In this document: positions 1 to 10,001 of the stretch, in pieces
How positions within the stretch are numbered: the stretch's first letter is position 1
Layout: every line of letters starts with the position of its first letter
Position numbers and translations under genes: made by a program
Assembly (NCBI GenBank): GCA_963827565.1
Contig: CAWHBG010000002.1
Location: 54,994-118,993, forward strand
DNA: 64,000 nucleotides
Direction: 5' to 3'
DNA from: Candidatus Aminicenantes bacterium
GTDB taxonomy: Bacteria > Acidobacteriota > Aminicenantia > UBA2199
The notes under the pieces: model-generated
What the model was told of the DNA's origin: nothing
The model's input: the letters and a program-made list of their open reading frames with translations, nothing else
Database searches by the model: none

Positions 1-206
1 AATGGCTGTTGCTGTATTTAGGGCCAATACCCTTATTTTTCCCTGAAGAGGTGGATGCCTGGGACAGTCTTGCGGAGTCATATTTGGAGTTGGGTGAAAA
101 AGAGAAGGCCAAAAGGTATTATCAAAAAGCTTTAGAGATAGATCCTCAATACCCAACAGCTCTTGAGGCTTTAAAACAGCTGAATAAATCAGGTAAGGAT
201 AAATAG
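1..206 (+). CDS. C-terminal fragment of a TPR-repeat protein; the 5' end lies outside the window
   Basis: The frame is open from base 3. The TPR-like helical repeat reads AWDSLAESYLELGEKEKAKRYYQKALEIDPQYPTALEAL. The listed start is TTG and is probably internal. Confidence 0.45.
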   Translation, partial: WLLLYLGPIPLFFPEEVDAWDSLAESYLELGEKEKAKRYYQKALEIDPQYPTALEALKQLNKSGKDK

Positions 207-391
207 ATATTAAAAAAGATACAATTTAATCGTGCAACCTGTCAGGAATTGAAACTAAACTGTATCGCAGCCCTCTGTATGACTTCCCCCATTCCTTTAC
301 AAGTTTGACAAAAGGTTGTCATTACCTATAATGAAAAATAATATGAGAAAAGGACAAAAAAGAAGGAATATCGCTATATACTCCTTCAAAT

Positions 392-1852
392 TTGAATAGA
401 CCGGATATGGTTTTCACCAGTATTGAATTTCTCAGTTTTTTTCTTATTTTTATATCGATCTACTTCCTGGTCCCCCTTAAGTTCAGGTGGGCATATATAC
501 TTTCCGGAAGCTTGGTTTTTTATTATTTCTCGAACCCCTTTTATCTGATCTATCTGATCTTTCCCACCATTCTGGTTTATCTGTTTGCATTAAATATTGA
601 GAGAATAAGGTCGATAAAATGGAAGAAACTGAATCTGGTATTGGCAGTATTGTCGCCTCTGTTATTGCTGGTCTTTTTCAAATATACCAATTTTCTTTAT
701 TCCACATTTATGTTAATTATCGCCCGATCAAAGGGGTATGATCCATTACATATAATCCTACCGCTGGGAATTTCATTCTTTACCTTTAAACTGATCAGTT
801 ATTCGGTGGATGTGTACCGGGAAAAAATACCGGCCGAAAAACATATCGGTTATCTGGCAGCTTATGTATCTTTTTTCCCCCAGCTTCTGATGGGCCCGAT
901 AGAAAGGGCCGGGAACCTGATCCCGGAACTGAAAAAGCGGGTCAGTTTTGATTTTGACCGGATCATGTCCGGTGTCATGCTCGTCTCATGGGGACTGTTT
1001 AAAAAGATGGTCATTTCCGACCGGCTGGCCATATTTGTGGATAAGATTTTTGCTTCTCCCTCCCACCAGGGGGTCAACCTGATCCTGGCCATATGGTTCT
1101 ATTCTTTCCAGATATACTGTGATTTTTCAGGATATTCAGACATTGCCATCGGGTTGACACGGATCATGGGTTTCAGATCCATGAAGAACTTTGATTTCCC
1201 GTACTTCAGCCGGAACATGACACAGTTCTGGAATAAATGGCATATATCTCTTTCCACCTGGTTGAGGGATTACCTTTTTCTTCCCATTGCCTACCGGACC
1301 ATGAGGAATTTGGAGGGAGAAAAAAAATACGGGATAAAAGTGGAGTATTTAGGATATGCCGCCGGTATGTTCATCACCATGTTTCTGGGCGGGCTCTGGC
1401 ATGGGGCTGCATGGACCTTCGTCATCTGGGGTATTCTGCACGGGATATATCTGATCGTTGGTTATACCACCAGAAAGAGGAGAAGGAAATTACGAAAAAA
1501 ATCAATTATCGGCAGGAACAAACATGTGTCCGATCTGGTGTCAATGTTCCTGACATTCAATCTGGTCTCTTTTGCCTGGATCTTTTTCAGATCCGAAACA
1601 ATAACGGATGCGTATGAGTATATCCATTCAATGAGCCTGGGGTTCGCGAAAGTATCCGTTCATCAGGCCTTTTATATTCCGCTGCTGATCCTGTTCATTT
1701 TCCTTGAATATCTGTATAAGAACAGAGAGAGGATTCAATTCATTCACAATTCTCCGCAATGGATGAGAATGGTCATATATGTATTGTTTATCTGTTTTAT
1801 TTTCCTCTTTTCCGTCGACTCTTCCAATGAGTTCATTTATATGAGGTTTTAA
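392..1852 (+). CDS. Membrane-bound O-acyltransferase (MBOAT) of the AlgI/DltB/PatA type
   Basis: 486 aa, polytopic membrane protein. The MBOAT signature WNKWHISLSTWLRDYLFLP is present with the conserved His. Overall similarity is to AlgI/DltB. Confidence 0.8.
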   Translation: MNRPDMVFTSIEFLSFFLIFISIYFLVPLKFRWAYILSGSLVFYYFSNPFYLIYLIFPTILVYLFALNIERIRSIKWKKLNLVLAVLSPLLLLVFFKYTNFLYSTFMLIIARSKGYDPLHIILPLGISFFTFKLISYSVDVYREKIPAEKHIGYLAAYVSFFPQLLMGPIERAGNLIPELKKRVSFDFDRIMSGVMLVSWGLFKKMVISDRLAIFVDKIFASPSHQGVNLILAIWFYSFQIYCDFSGYSDIAIGLTRIMGFRSMKNFDFPYFSRNMTQFWNKWHISLSTWLRDYLFLPIAYRTMRNLEGEKKYGIKVEYLGYAAGMFITMFLGGLWHGAAWTFVIWGILHGIYLIVGYTTRKRRRKLRKKSIIGRNKHVSDLVSMFLTFNLVSFAWIFFRSETITDAYEYIHSMSLGFAKVSVHQAFYIPLLILFIFLEYLYKNRERIQFIHNSPQWMRMVIYVLFICFIFLFSVDSSNEFIYMRF

Positions 1853-2817
1853 TGAAGAAGCACCTGATCCGGATCATTATTTTTTTCATTCTGCTGGTGA
1901 TTGCAGACCGCTCCATTGCGTTTCTTATTTCCCGTTATAATCACCTCCTGATCAATGAGTACAGTCTTGAAGAGCCAATGAAGGAATATTTGGAAGGAAA
2001 AAAATTCAACACACTTATCCTGGGTACGTCAAGGACCTATTCGGGGATCCATCCGGTATTGCTCGAAAGTGAGAAAATAAAACCCTTCAAATGGAGTGAC
2101 GGTGGGAACGGGGCTGAATACAATTATTATTTTTACAGGTTTTTTAAAAAACTGCACGGTCGCCCCGAAACGGTCATTTACGGTGTTGACTTCTTTATTT
2201 ATAAACTGGTCAGTTCCCGGATTGCGCTCAGCGAAATAAGGGTTACTAAAATATCAGAGGTATCGGTGGATTTCTCTTCACCGGCCTTTCTTCTTCTCAA
2301 GTATAAGCACCGGTTCGAAATGCTGATCAATGATATGCTTAACTCCCATCAGTTCTCGGAAAAAACATTGAGAAAAAAGATCTATGACATGCAGGTATTT
2401 ACCGGTCATGTAAAAGCAGAGGCAAAACAATATCAGGTTCATACCGATATCCCTGAGAATTTGAAGAAAAGAAAATTGGCCGAGCCGCCGGGTATCGAAG
2501 GGGACTATTTTTTCAAACTGCTTGATGAGTTCGAAAAGGATGGCGTTAAGGTGGTCCTGCTGATCATTCCGGATCACATCGGAACCTACCGGTCCTTTTA
2601 TAAAAAACCCTTTATTGACCATTTAAAAAACCTGAGCAGTAAATATGAGAATATAAAAATAGTGAACTATAATCATCCAACATATTTTGACCTGAGCGAT
2701 GAGTCTCTGTTTCTTGATGGCGGGTACGGGTTTGAGAACAGCCATCTGTCAAAAAAAGGGGCTCTCATTGTGAATGCCAAGCTTAAAATATTCCTTAACA
2801 ACAATTATGGCAACTGA
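1852..2817 (+). CDS. Putative partner protein for the MBOAT (AlgJ/DltD/PatB-like acyl-transfer accessory protein)
   Basis: The start overlaps the MBOAT stop (ATGA), so the two are translationally coupled. It has an N-terminal TM anchor and an ILGTSRT segment. MBOAT acyltransferases are typically followed by an SGNH/DltD-like partner. The assignment rests on context only. Confidence 0.4.
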   Translation: MKKHLIRIIIFFILLVIADRSIAFLISRYNHLLINEYSLEEPMKEYLEGKKFNTLILGTSRTYSGIHPVLLESEKIKPFKWSDGGNGAEYNYYFYRFFKKLHGRPETVIYGVDFFIYKLVSSRIALSEIRVTKISEVSVDFSSPAFLLLKYKHRFEMLINDMLNSHQFSEKTLRKKIYDMQVFTGHVKAEAKQYQVHTDIPENLKKRKLAEPPGIEGDYFFKLLDEFEKDGVKVVLLIIPDHIGTYRSFYKKPFIDHLKNLSSKYENIKIVNYNHPTYFDLSDESLFLDGGYGFENSHLSKKGALIVNAKLKIFLNNNYGN

Positions 2818-2845
2818 TTAGATATGAAATAAGTTTCATTCTGTT

Positions 2846-3382
2846 CTATTTAACCCTGAGAAAAAAGAATTCACTGATAAGCATTCCTCCCTGTCCGTAC
2901 CAGTTAAGGTCCCGTCCGTTGGGCGCGATGGTCAGGGACATACTTGAATTATCGTAAAAACGGATGTGAATATAATTGCCCTGAACGGAATAGACACCTT
3001 TCTCATAGGTAATGGACCCAGAGTATTCCACCCGCATGGCATAGGTACTGTTGGGCCTGAACACAATACCGGTGGTATCCTGTGAAAAATTCCCGGTAAA
3101 CTCATCATAGTAATAATAGGAAGGGGCGCTGGTGGTGCTGAATATGGTGAGCCGTGTGAACCGTCCGTTCTTAATCAGGCCATTGTTGTAAAGCCCTCCG
3201 GATACGGGCGGGGGAGGAGGGGCGGTGGTTGTTCCTTCCTTTTCAACCAGTGTTCCGTTCACCCATAAATTCACATCGGGCCTCGGTTTGTTCAACCACA
3301 CTGAGATCAACTTCCCCTTGGGATAGGCAAAATGCGGATGTATTAATTCAATTACCAGACCCGTTATACTGCTCCTGATCAT
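2846..3382 (-). CDS. Hypothetical protein with a poly-Pro linker (TTTAPPPPPVSGG); probably a 3' gene fragment
   Basis: 178-aa ORF with no signal peptide. Its first 13 codons lie inside the duplicated histidine-kinase segment that starts at 3343, so the original 5' end appears to have been replaced. Confidence 0.3.
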   Translation of the reverse strand: MIRSSITGLVIELIHPHFAYPKGKLISVWLNKPRPDVNLWVNGTLVEKEGTTTAPPPPPVSGGLYNNGLIKNGRFTRLTIFSTTSAPSYYYYDEFTGNFSQDTTGIVFRPNSTYAMRVEYSGSITYEKGVYSVQGNYIHIRFYDNSSMSLTIAPNGRDLNWYGQGGMLISEFFFLRVK

Positions 3383-4178
3383 TTTTTTTCAGTGATCATA
3401 ATTTTGATCGTAATATTAATTAATCTCCATAACTCGGCTGTATATATTTTCATCTCTTCAATATTTGCTCTCTCCGCCTCCTTTTTTTTACAAGTAAAAT
3501 TATCCTCTCTCGGGGGAAAACTGAAGGAAAAAGCCCTGAATGAGGATAAACTGCATAAGGATATAAAAAACCTCGAAAGTGTAATAGAGATGAGAACCAT
3601 AAAAATTGATGAACTTAACACAAAATTGGAAAAGATGAAAACAGAGTTTGAAGAAGTGTCAAAAAAAAACAGGGAGCACAGGAATGAACTGGGACATATT
3701 GTAAAAGAAAGAACTACGGAACTGGAACAGATGGCTTCTGAAATGAGTGAAAGTCAGAAAGCCCTCATGTATCTGGTGGAAGATGTGAATGATTCCCGAA
3801 ATGAACTCGAGGGTCTTAATAAACAGCTTAACAAAACTCTAAAAGATGTTCAAAGCTCGAGAGATAGAATTGATGCCATTATCCACTCGATTGCAAGATG
3901 GTTTGGTCGTTGCAGATTTTGAGATGAAAATACTTCTTATCAATCATGTTGCCGAGGAGATCTTTGATACCAAATCTGAAGATATCGTTGGTAGCAATCT
4001 TACTGATATTATTGATATTAACTTATTAAGTGAAGTTGAAAAGGGTCCAGAGGAAAATCCTAAATTTTCCAAATTTGATTTTGTCAGAAAGGGCAAGATA
4101 TTCAATGCAAATATCTCTTCGGTCTGGGGAAGTTCCGGTTTGGTATGGTCAGCTCCCCGAATCTTGGTCCAAAATTAA
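3343..4178 (+). pseudogene. Truncated duplicate of the 5' part of the histidine kinase gene at 15132-16757 (TM helix, coiled coil and start of PAS). It is frameshifted and lacks HisKA/HATPase.
   Basis: Nucleotides 3343-4150 align almost base-for-base with 15171-15975. ORFs 3392-3922 and 3846-4178 together reproduce LINLHN...IHSIA / DGLVVADFEMKILLINHVAEEIFDTKSEDIVG...SSVWGSSGLV of the kinase. An extra A (gcaagatgg versus gcagacgg) shifts the frame. The upstream T-run is one base shorter, which gives a stop before the 3392 ATG. Confidence 0.7.
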
Positions 4179-4610
4179 TGTTAGTTTTTTGAAATTTAAA
4201 AAGTTATAAATTAACATAAAACACAAACGACTGTGGGTGATTTTGTGTCATAAAAACTCCCGAAAAATGAATATATCATAAACTCCAAGAACAGACAAGA
4301 GGAAAAGGGAGAATAACGTTAAGGTCTGTATATAGCTGATATAATTTAAAATATTGTCATTATATTAAATAAAGCTCAATTCATGACTACATCATATTTA
4401 TATTACGAACTGAAAATAGCGTGACACATGGGGCACATAGTCCCGTGCGTTTACCTTTGCTTTCTGTAAGGACGTTCCCCTGGTCTAAGCTGAGTTGAAA
4501 GAATAATTTTGATCCAGTATTATTCAGATTGAAGTGAATATTTGCTTGCAGATTATGATGTTTGTTAATACTATGTGAGATTCTTTCATACTTAACAAAG
4601 GGAGCACGCA

Positions 4611-5801
4611 TTGAAATTTGATACTTTTATTTTTGTCAGACTTATTCAGAATACAGCAATTTTACTCTCTTTCAGTTTATTATATGAGAAATTCTGGGTA
4701 AAGAATTTTGCTTCATGGAAATTTGTACATAAAATTAGTGTGGGATTGATCATAGGGGTAACATCAGTCATCCTGATGATGACCCCATGGATATTAATAC
4801 CAGGAATTGTTTTTGATACACGTTCGGTCCTTCTTTCCATATCCGGACTTTTCTTTGGATTTCTCCCCACAATGATTGGTGTGATAATCTCGGTTATCTA
4901 CCGTTACGAATTGAGCGGACCCGGAGTATGGATGGGAATTGCAGTGATTGTTACTTCCGGAATGCTTGGGGTTTTTTGGGGAAAATTCAGAAAAAACTGG
5001 ATGACCGGTAATTATATTAAAGAACTCATCTATTTAAGCACTCTTGTTCACATGGTAATGATTTCATGTGGATTACTGTTGCCGGCAGGTTATTCCCTAG
5101 AGACCATGAAAATAATTTTACTTCCTATTATTATTGTTTATATTCCAGCTACTGTATTCATGGGTACGCTGATGGTGAGTCAATTAACAAACTGGAAAAA
5201 CAGACATGAGGTTAATCTGGCTGCAGAACTTCTGAGAAAAAGCGAAAAAAAATTCAGGGAGCTCTTTGAACATATCCCCGATGCAATTTTCCTTATCCGA
5301 TTCGGAGGGGATAATCATGGGGAAATAACCAGTGCTAACAAAGCTGCAGAATGGCAGACGGGTTATACCATTGATGAATTGATTGGAATGAATATTGATA
5401 AAATATTGCCTGCAGATAGATATGATAATGGTTTAAGTGAGGAGAGAAAAGGATTACTGGAAAAAGAGAATATTATTAAATTTGAAGAGAAAAAGAAAAG
5501 AAAAGATGGATCGTTATACTGGTCTGAAGTCTCACTTAAAAAAATGAGTATTGGAAATGAACAAGTTACAATTTCGATTAACAGAGATATCTCAGAAAGG
5601 AAATCGATGGAGGAAGAGATCCTCAAATTAAAAGATGGTTTGGAACTCCAGGTTAAAGAGAAAACGAAAGAATTAAATGAGAAATTGACTGAACTCCAGA
5701 GATTTTTTGATGCATCAGTTAACCGGGAACTTAGGATGAAGCAATTATATGATAAAAGTGAAAGACTGGAAGAAGAATTGAAAAAAAAGGATAAAATTTA
5801 A
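4611..5801 (+). CDS. Membrane sensor protein: N-terminal multi-TM domain, PAS domain and C-terminal coiled coil; no output domain
   Basis: TTG start with an upstream AAGGGAG. About 6 predicted TM helices (aa 1-190). PAS-like region FEHIPDAIFLIRF...SEVSLKKMSIGNEQVTISINRDISERK. Coiled-coil tail LQVKEKTKELNEKLTELQRF... Confidence 0.6.
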   Translation: MKFDTFIFVRLIQNTAILLSFSLLYEKFWVKNFASWKFVHKISVGLIIGVTSVILMMTPWILIPGIVFDTRSVLLSISGLFFGFLPTMIGVIISVIYRYELSGPGVWMGIAVIVTSGMLGVFWGKFRKNWMTGNYIKELIYLSTLVHMVMISCGLLLPAGYSLETMKIILLPIIIVYIPATVFMGTLMVSQLTNWKNRHEVNLAAELLRKSEKKFRELFEHIPDAIFLIRFGGDNHGEITSANKAAEWQTGYTIDELIGMNIDKILPADRYDNGLSEERKGLLEKENIIKFEEKKKRKDGSLYWSEVSLKKMSIGNEQVTISINRDISERKSMEEEILKLKDGLELQVKEKTKELNEKLTELQRFFDASVNRELRMKQLYDKSERLEEELKKKDKI

Positions 5802-5995
5802 TAATTTGTTTATCTCTTAGTTCAGATAAGATAGTGGCTATTAAAGATAGGTGTTAAAACATTGTTCATTAAACCAGACAGCTCCTGGGAAAATGGATAT
5901 GTATTATTTAGAGTTATCTGCACTTTCCCATTGACGTTAAATTTGGTTAAGTTCGGTTTTTCCCCCACTCAACGGGGATCTTGAGGAAGTCCCGT

Positions 5996-6085
5996 GTCAC
6001 ACTCTAAACGGTGATTTCACGTCTGCCTATTCCGTCACACTCGAATCGGTGATTTTATCACACTCGAAGCGGTGACTTCGCCACC
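5996..6085. repeat. Three copies of a ~22-bp imperfect palindromic motif TCACACTC-GAA-NCGGTGAYTT in a convergent intergenic region
   Basis: The copies are gtcacactctaaacggtgattt (5996), gtcacactcgaatcggtgattt (6034) and tcacactcgaagcggtgactt (6058). The spacing is irregular: 38 then 24 bp. Confidence 0.5.
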
Positions 6086-6248
6086 CCGGATGGATGTGGC
6101 TAATGAAAAGAAAATATATCATAAACTCTATTTGGGGCAAGTTGAGAAAACTAAGGTTAGATTAAAGGGCTAAATAAGGAGTGCGGTCAATCCGTTATTA
6201 GTGAATATATAATGGGGATAAAAGGAAGATTCTTTAAAAGTAAAAAAA

Positions 6249-6279
6249 GGGGCTGAATGTCAGTCTTACATTCAGCCCC
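6249..6279 (-). terminator. Rho-independent terminator (bidirectional hairpin) after the minus-strand gene 6312-7007
   Basis: Stem GGGGCTGAATGT / ACATTCAGCCCC with a 7-nt loop. On the minus strand it is followed by a T7 run (plus-strand A-run 6241-6248). Confidence 0.6.
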
Positions 6280-6311
6280 TTCTATCAAAGAGGAGGATTA
6301 ATTAGTATTAC

Positions 6312-7007
6312 TTAATTGGATGACATTTCTTTTGCAAGCGCATATGCTTCGATCTCGTTCCAGTTTGTAAATCTGGGATCTTCCTCGTTCAGGTTGATCC
6401 CGGTTATTAAGGATGCATAATTAAAGTTCATAAATGAGATATTAAACAATTTTTTTCCTTCAAGCCCTTTATTGAGAAGATGGTTGAGAGGTTGAGGTGA
6501 AACAGACATTGTCTGGATATTTTGAACCACATGAATGGATTCATGTAAAAACACATGATCCGGAACTCCCGCTACTGTGGTCGGATACATCCCATATGTC
6601 CAACCACGGGCATTATCCCTATAATAGTCATCCGCCTCAAAAGCTATCATTCCATTCCTGAATCGGATCCTGTCTGACGAATCCATCGCAAGTCCAAATC
6701 TGATCATCTCACTCGGAGAGATCTGAATATCAAATAAAGTTTTATTATGTCCCGCAAAAGGAGTTGCAATTTGAATCCGGGCCGGTCCGATCGTATATCC
6801 CAGGTATGAAAACGGGTTGTCCCCTCTTGCAGTGTTCTCGGTAACTGATGCGGCAATATTTGCAAGGATAATGCCTGAAGTAACAGAACCGTTACCTATC
6901 ATTTTTTTTGATTGATAAAATCCATAACCGGACATCGATCCCCAAAACAACATTTTAGCAGCACTCTTTAATGATTTTACTTTCCCCTGTATCAAACCCT
7001 TGAGCAA
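6312..7007 (-). CDS. Hypothetical HExxH (zinc-metallopeptidase-like) protein, probably secreted; 5' end frameshifted
   Basis: HESIHVVQ motif. The listed start is TTG. A Met-initiated signal-peptide ORF (MKKRIISSMVIFAFLFGVMGVS..., ATG near 7147) lies upstream in another frame, so the full gene is probably 6312-7147 with an indel. Confidence 0.4.
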   Translation of the reverse strand: MLKGLIQGKVKSLKSAAKMLFWGSMSGYGFYQSKKMIGNGSVTSGIILANIAASVTENTARGDNPFSYLGYTIGPARIQIATPFAGHNKTLFDIQISPSEMIRFGLAMDSSDRIRFRNGMIAFEADDYYRDNARGWTYGMYPTTVAGVPDHVFLHESIHVVQNIQTMSVSPQPLNHLLNKGLEGKKLFNISFMNFNYASLITGINLNEEDPRFTNWNEIEAYALAKEMSSN

Positions 7008-7463
7008 TGTACCGACTCCCTGGCCGACTATATTATATGCTACAGATCTTCTGATCCGAAGTAATACTTGATTCTACCTTAGAAACTCCCATAACCCCAA
7101 ATAAAAATGCGAAAATAACCATTGAACTGATAATTCTTTTTTTCATTTTACTCTCCCGGCGATCAAACGGCTCACTTTAATCGCGTTTTGTTTCATGCCA
7201 ATAGAAGAGCAATGAGGTTTCCAAGAATGGGGAGAAATGGTGAAAATCGCCAATATATATAGAAATAAATAATTTTTGAAAACAAATCCCATGGTTAACG
7301 GATGAGACAAATAATGTTGCAGGGAATTGACCGGAAAGGGGATAAATCAGATCAGTTAAATCTTAAAATCGGTCCTATAGGGCTAATTTTATGCAAACGT
7401 TCCAGACAATGTCGCATTTGCAACAAAAGTTGCATATATTTTTGATCAGCTCGGATATGTTAT

Positions 7464-7773
7464 CTATTTCAATAATTGTGTGATGAGTTTTTTATAGGAA
7501 GGGGAAGGTTTCTCTATATAGATTCCAAGGGAATAGAGTCCGGAAAAGTTGTTCTTGTCACTAATCCACCTGACCACACCTTTAAGTTTGAATTCTGTTC
7601 CTTCAATACTTATATTAATTTGAACAAGAGGATCATGCGGAACTTCCTGAGAAGCAATCCTCATCCCATTTAAAGATATATCGATCAGAAGGGCAAGGTT
7701 TATCATTTATCCGTAAAAATGAGTGTTGCTTAATCCTGTCTTGTTTTCTTTTTTCTTCAGAAATATGATCCAT
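7464..7773 (-). CDS. PilZ-domain protein (c-di-GMP receptor), frameshifted
   Basis: The ORF 7464-7706 carries D-I-S-L-N-G, the PilZ DxSxxG motif. An upstream ATG at 7773 in a different frame encodes MDHISEEKRKQDRIK with an RxxxR motif. The two frames join in an A-rich run near 7706-7720. Confidence 0.4.
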
Positions 7774-8157
7774 GCTGATTACCTCCCGCTTTTCACTTTT
7801 AAATATCATAAATCCTTTTATTAATCCATGTATTATAAATGATCAACAGTCACATATACATCTTCTATTTAAATATTACACCGGGTTTAATGGTATTGAA
7901 AACTCCTTTTTAGTCAGAGTTGTAAATTTATGTCTTATCCCTGTTAAAATTCCAATACGTATATTATTGACTAAAAATCATCTCATATTGGATGTTTACA
8001 GATTCATGAACACATGGAAAACACATTGCTTTGTTAATTTCATGAAAAGAATAAGGTCAGATCAATCTTGAAAAATATAGTGTGAGAAAGATTACGGGCA
8101 AGTTGCCAAAAACCACGTTTACTTTTTATTATTTTTGAAATTGAAAAATAAAAGGAT

Positions 8158-8505
8158 GTGAAAATGGAGAAGAAAATGATTAATATTGAATTAGTAGAAC
8201 CAAAGGTTACAACACTGACTGTAAACAAAATATCAAATGATCTGAATAATCAGGCAAATTATATTCTGATCAATTCTCAGGTGATCCTCGATATATGGGA
8301 GGATGTTGTTAAGATTCTTCAAAATTTTCAAAAGAAAAACCCTGATAGTAATTTATCATTAAGCGGGATCAGCATAAAAGAGGTTGAGAAGGTTGTACCT
8401 AAAATGCTTAATGCAAATATTGTAGGATCCGGCAGAGTTAGTGAAATAGCAAATCTAATTAAGATCACAGACAGTTATCGGGATAATTTTGAGATTCAAT
8501 CATAA
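8158..8505 (+). CDS. Hypothetical protein
   Basis: 115-aa ORF with no recognisable motif. The intergenic context is plausible. Confidence 0.25.
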   Translation: MKMEKKMINIELVEPKVTTLTVNKISNDLNNQANYILINSQVILDIWEDVVKILQNFQKKNPDSNLSLSGISIKEVEKVVPKMLNANIVGSGRVSEIANLIKITDSYRDNFEIQS

Positions 8506-8578
8506 ACTGAAGTAATTGTATTTTTGTCAAATTATTCTCCGGTTTTAAAGAAAAAAGGCTTGAATAAACCTGTGATCA

Positions 8579-10001
8579 CTAATCCGGTTTTCGCCTGTTC
8601 AGTCTTTTATTCAGGGCCTGCCTGGAAATTCCGAGGATCGAAGCGGCAATTCCCTGATTCCCTTTGGCCTGCTCAAGTGCCCGGTCAATAAGGTATTCTT
8701 CCGCTACTTTCAATGTAGGGAACTGGTTAAAGAACCCGCTCATGTTATTCATTATCAGGACTTTTATCATGATCAATTAATTCAATACTCTCCCTCCCTT
8801 CTTCGATCACATCCTTAAAAGGTTGAAGTGAAAGGACACCGGATTCGTGTCTCGAAACCGCATCATAAATAAAGGCCTGAAGTTCCCTGATATTGCCTTT
8901 GAATGGGTAAGTTGACAGCAATGTGATCAGTTCCGGAGGATAAGTCGGAACCTTCTTATTCATTGCAAGAGCCGCTTCTTCAATAAAGAAATCGGTTAAC
9001 GGCCTGATATCTTCTTTTCTCTCCTTCAGAGGCGGGATGCGTATCTGGTGTGCACTTAATCTGTAATAGAGATCTTTTCTGAAAATTCCTTCGTTTACCA
9101 GTTTTTTCAGGTCCACATTTGCAGTCACGACCACTCTTGCTGTGGTTTTTTTTGGTATATCCGAACCGAGCTGATAGTACTCTCTCTCCTGGATCAATCG
9201 CAATAGTTTTACCTGTGACTGCATGCTCAGGTCTCCTATCTCATCAAGAAACAAGGTCCCTTTCTCAGCCTGAAGGATCAATCCCTCCCTGCTGGTGTCT
9301 GCGCCGGTAAATGCCCCTTTTTTATGGCCGAACAACGTATCAGAAAAGAGATTATCATCCAGTCCGGCGACATTTACGACAATAAAATTCTTACTGTTCT
9401 TATTTGAAAGATGAATTGATCTTGCAATCATTTCTTTTCCTGTTCCGGTTTCTCCCGATATCAAAACGGGGAATGGTGAAGAAGCGATTGCTTCAATGTA
9501 TTTGAAGATCGATTCCATCTTTTTATTTATTGTTACGATCCCGTCGAAGGATGACGGGTCTCTAAGTTCATCTGAAAGAAGTGAATGTTTCAGGCTTGAA
9601 ACTTGATCTTTCAGTGAACGGATCTCCAATACCCTCTGTATGCTTGAAATGAAATGATTCTTTTCAATGGGTTTTACGAGATAGTTCTCGGCCCCCTTCT
9701 GCATGCACTCAATGGCAGTGGTTATATCATTTGTCGCTGTGGCAACAATGACCGGTATTTCAGGGAATTCATCCTTCAGATCCACCAGAAGATCCTGTCC
9801 GGTGATGAAAGGCATGGTCAGGTCCAGAATTATTGCCGAGGCACTGTTTTCCCGCAGGAAGGGTAACACCTTGCGGCTGTCTTCGATTGTAAAGACATTC
9901 TTTATCCCTGCACTCTTCAGCATAACGCTGTAACTAATGAGGATTTGCATTTCATCATCAACAATTAGAACAGGTGGTTTTTCTATATTATTTTCTTCCA
10001 T
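8579..10001 (-). CDS. Sigma-54-dependent response regulator (NtrC family: REC + AAA+ + Fis-type HTH); the HTH is in a shifted frame
   Basis: The receiver (LILDLTMP) and the sigma-54 AAA+ domain (GETGTGKE, GAFTGA, ESELFGH-like) are in ORF 8745-10001. The Fis-type HTH (AASILGISRQALNKRLNRRK) is in the overlapping ORF 8579-8776. Together they imply a single-base frameshift near 8745-8776. Confidence 0.75.

Noticed and set aside
862-2622. ORFs nested inside the MBOAT gene and its partner (862-1092 minus, 1237-1617 plus, 2278-2622 minus)
   Set aside because: They lie entirely within well-supported genes, have no RBS and are low-complexity translations. Similar nested ORFs were also discarded: 10454-10717, 12420-13045, 21852-22271, 40618-41040 and 59988-60500.
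5996-6085. Possible mini-CRISPR array
   Set aside because: There are only three repeat copies, the spacing is irregular (38 and 24 bp), there are no unique spacers of consistent length, and no cas genes lie nearby.
7772-8071. 99-aa ORF and the antisense pair 18807-19055 / 18826-19110
   Set aside because: There is no Shine-Dalgarno sequence, the composition is biased, and overlapping antisense frames are equally open. They are probably non-coding intergenic sequence, although 18826-19110 cannot be fully excluded.
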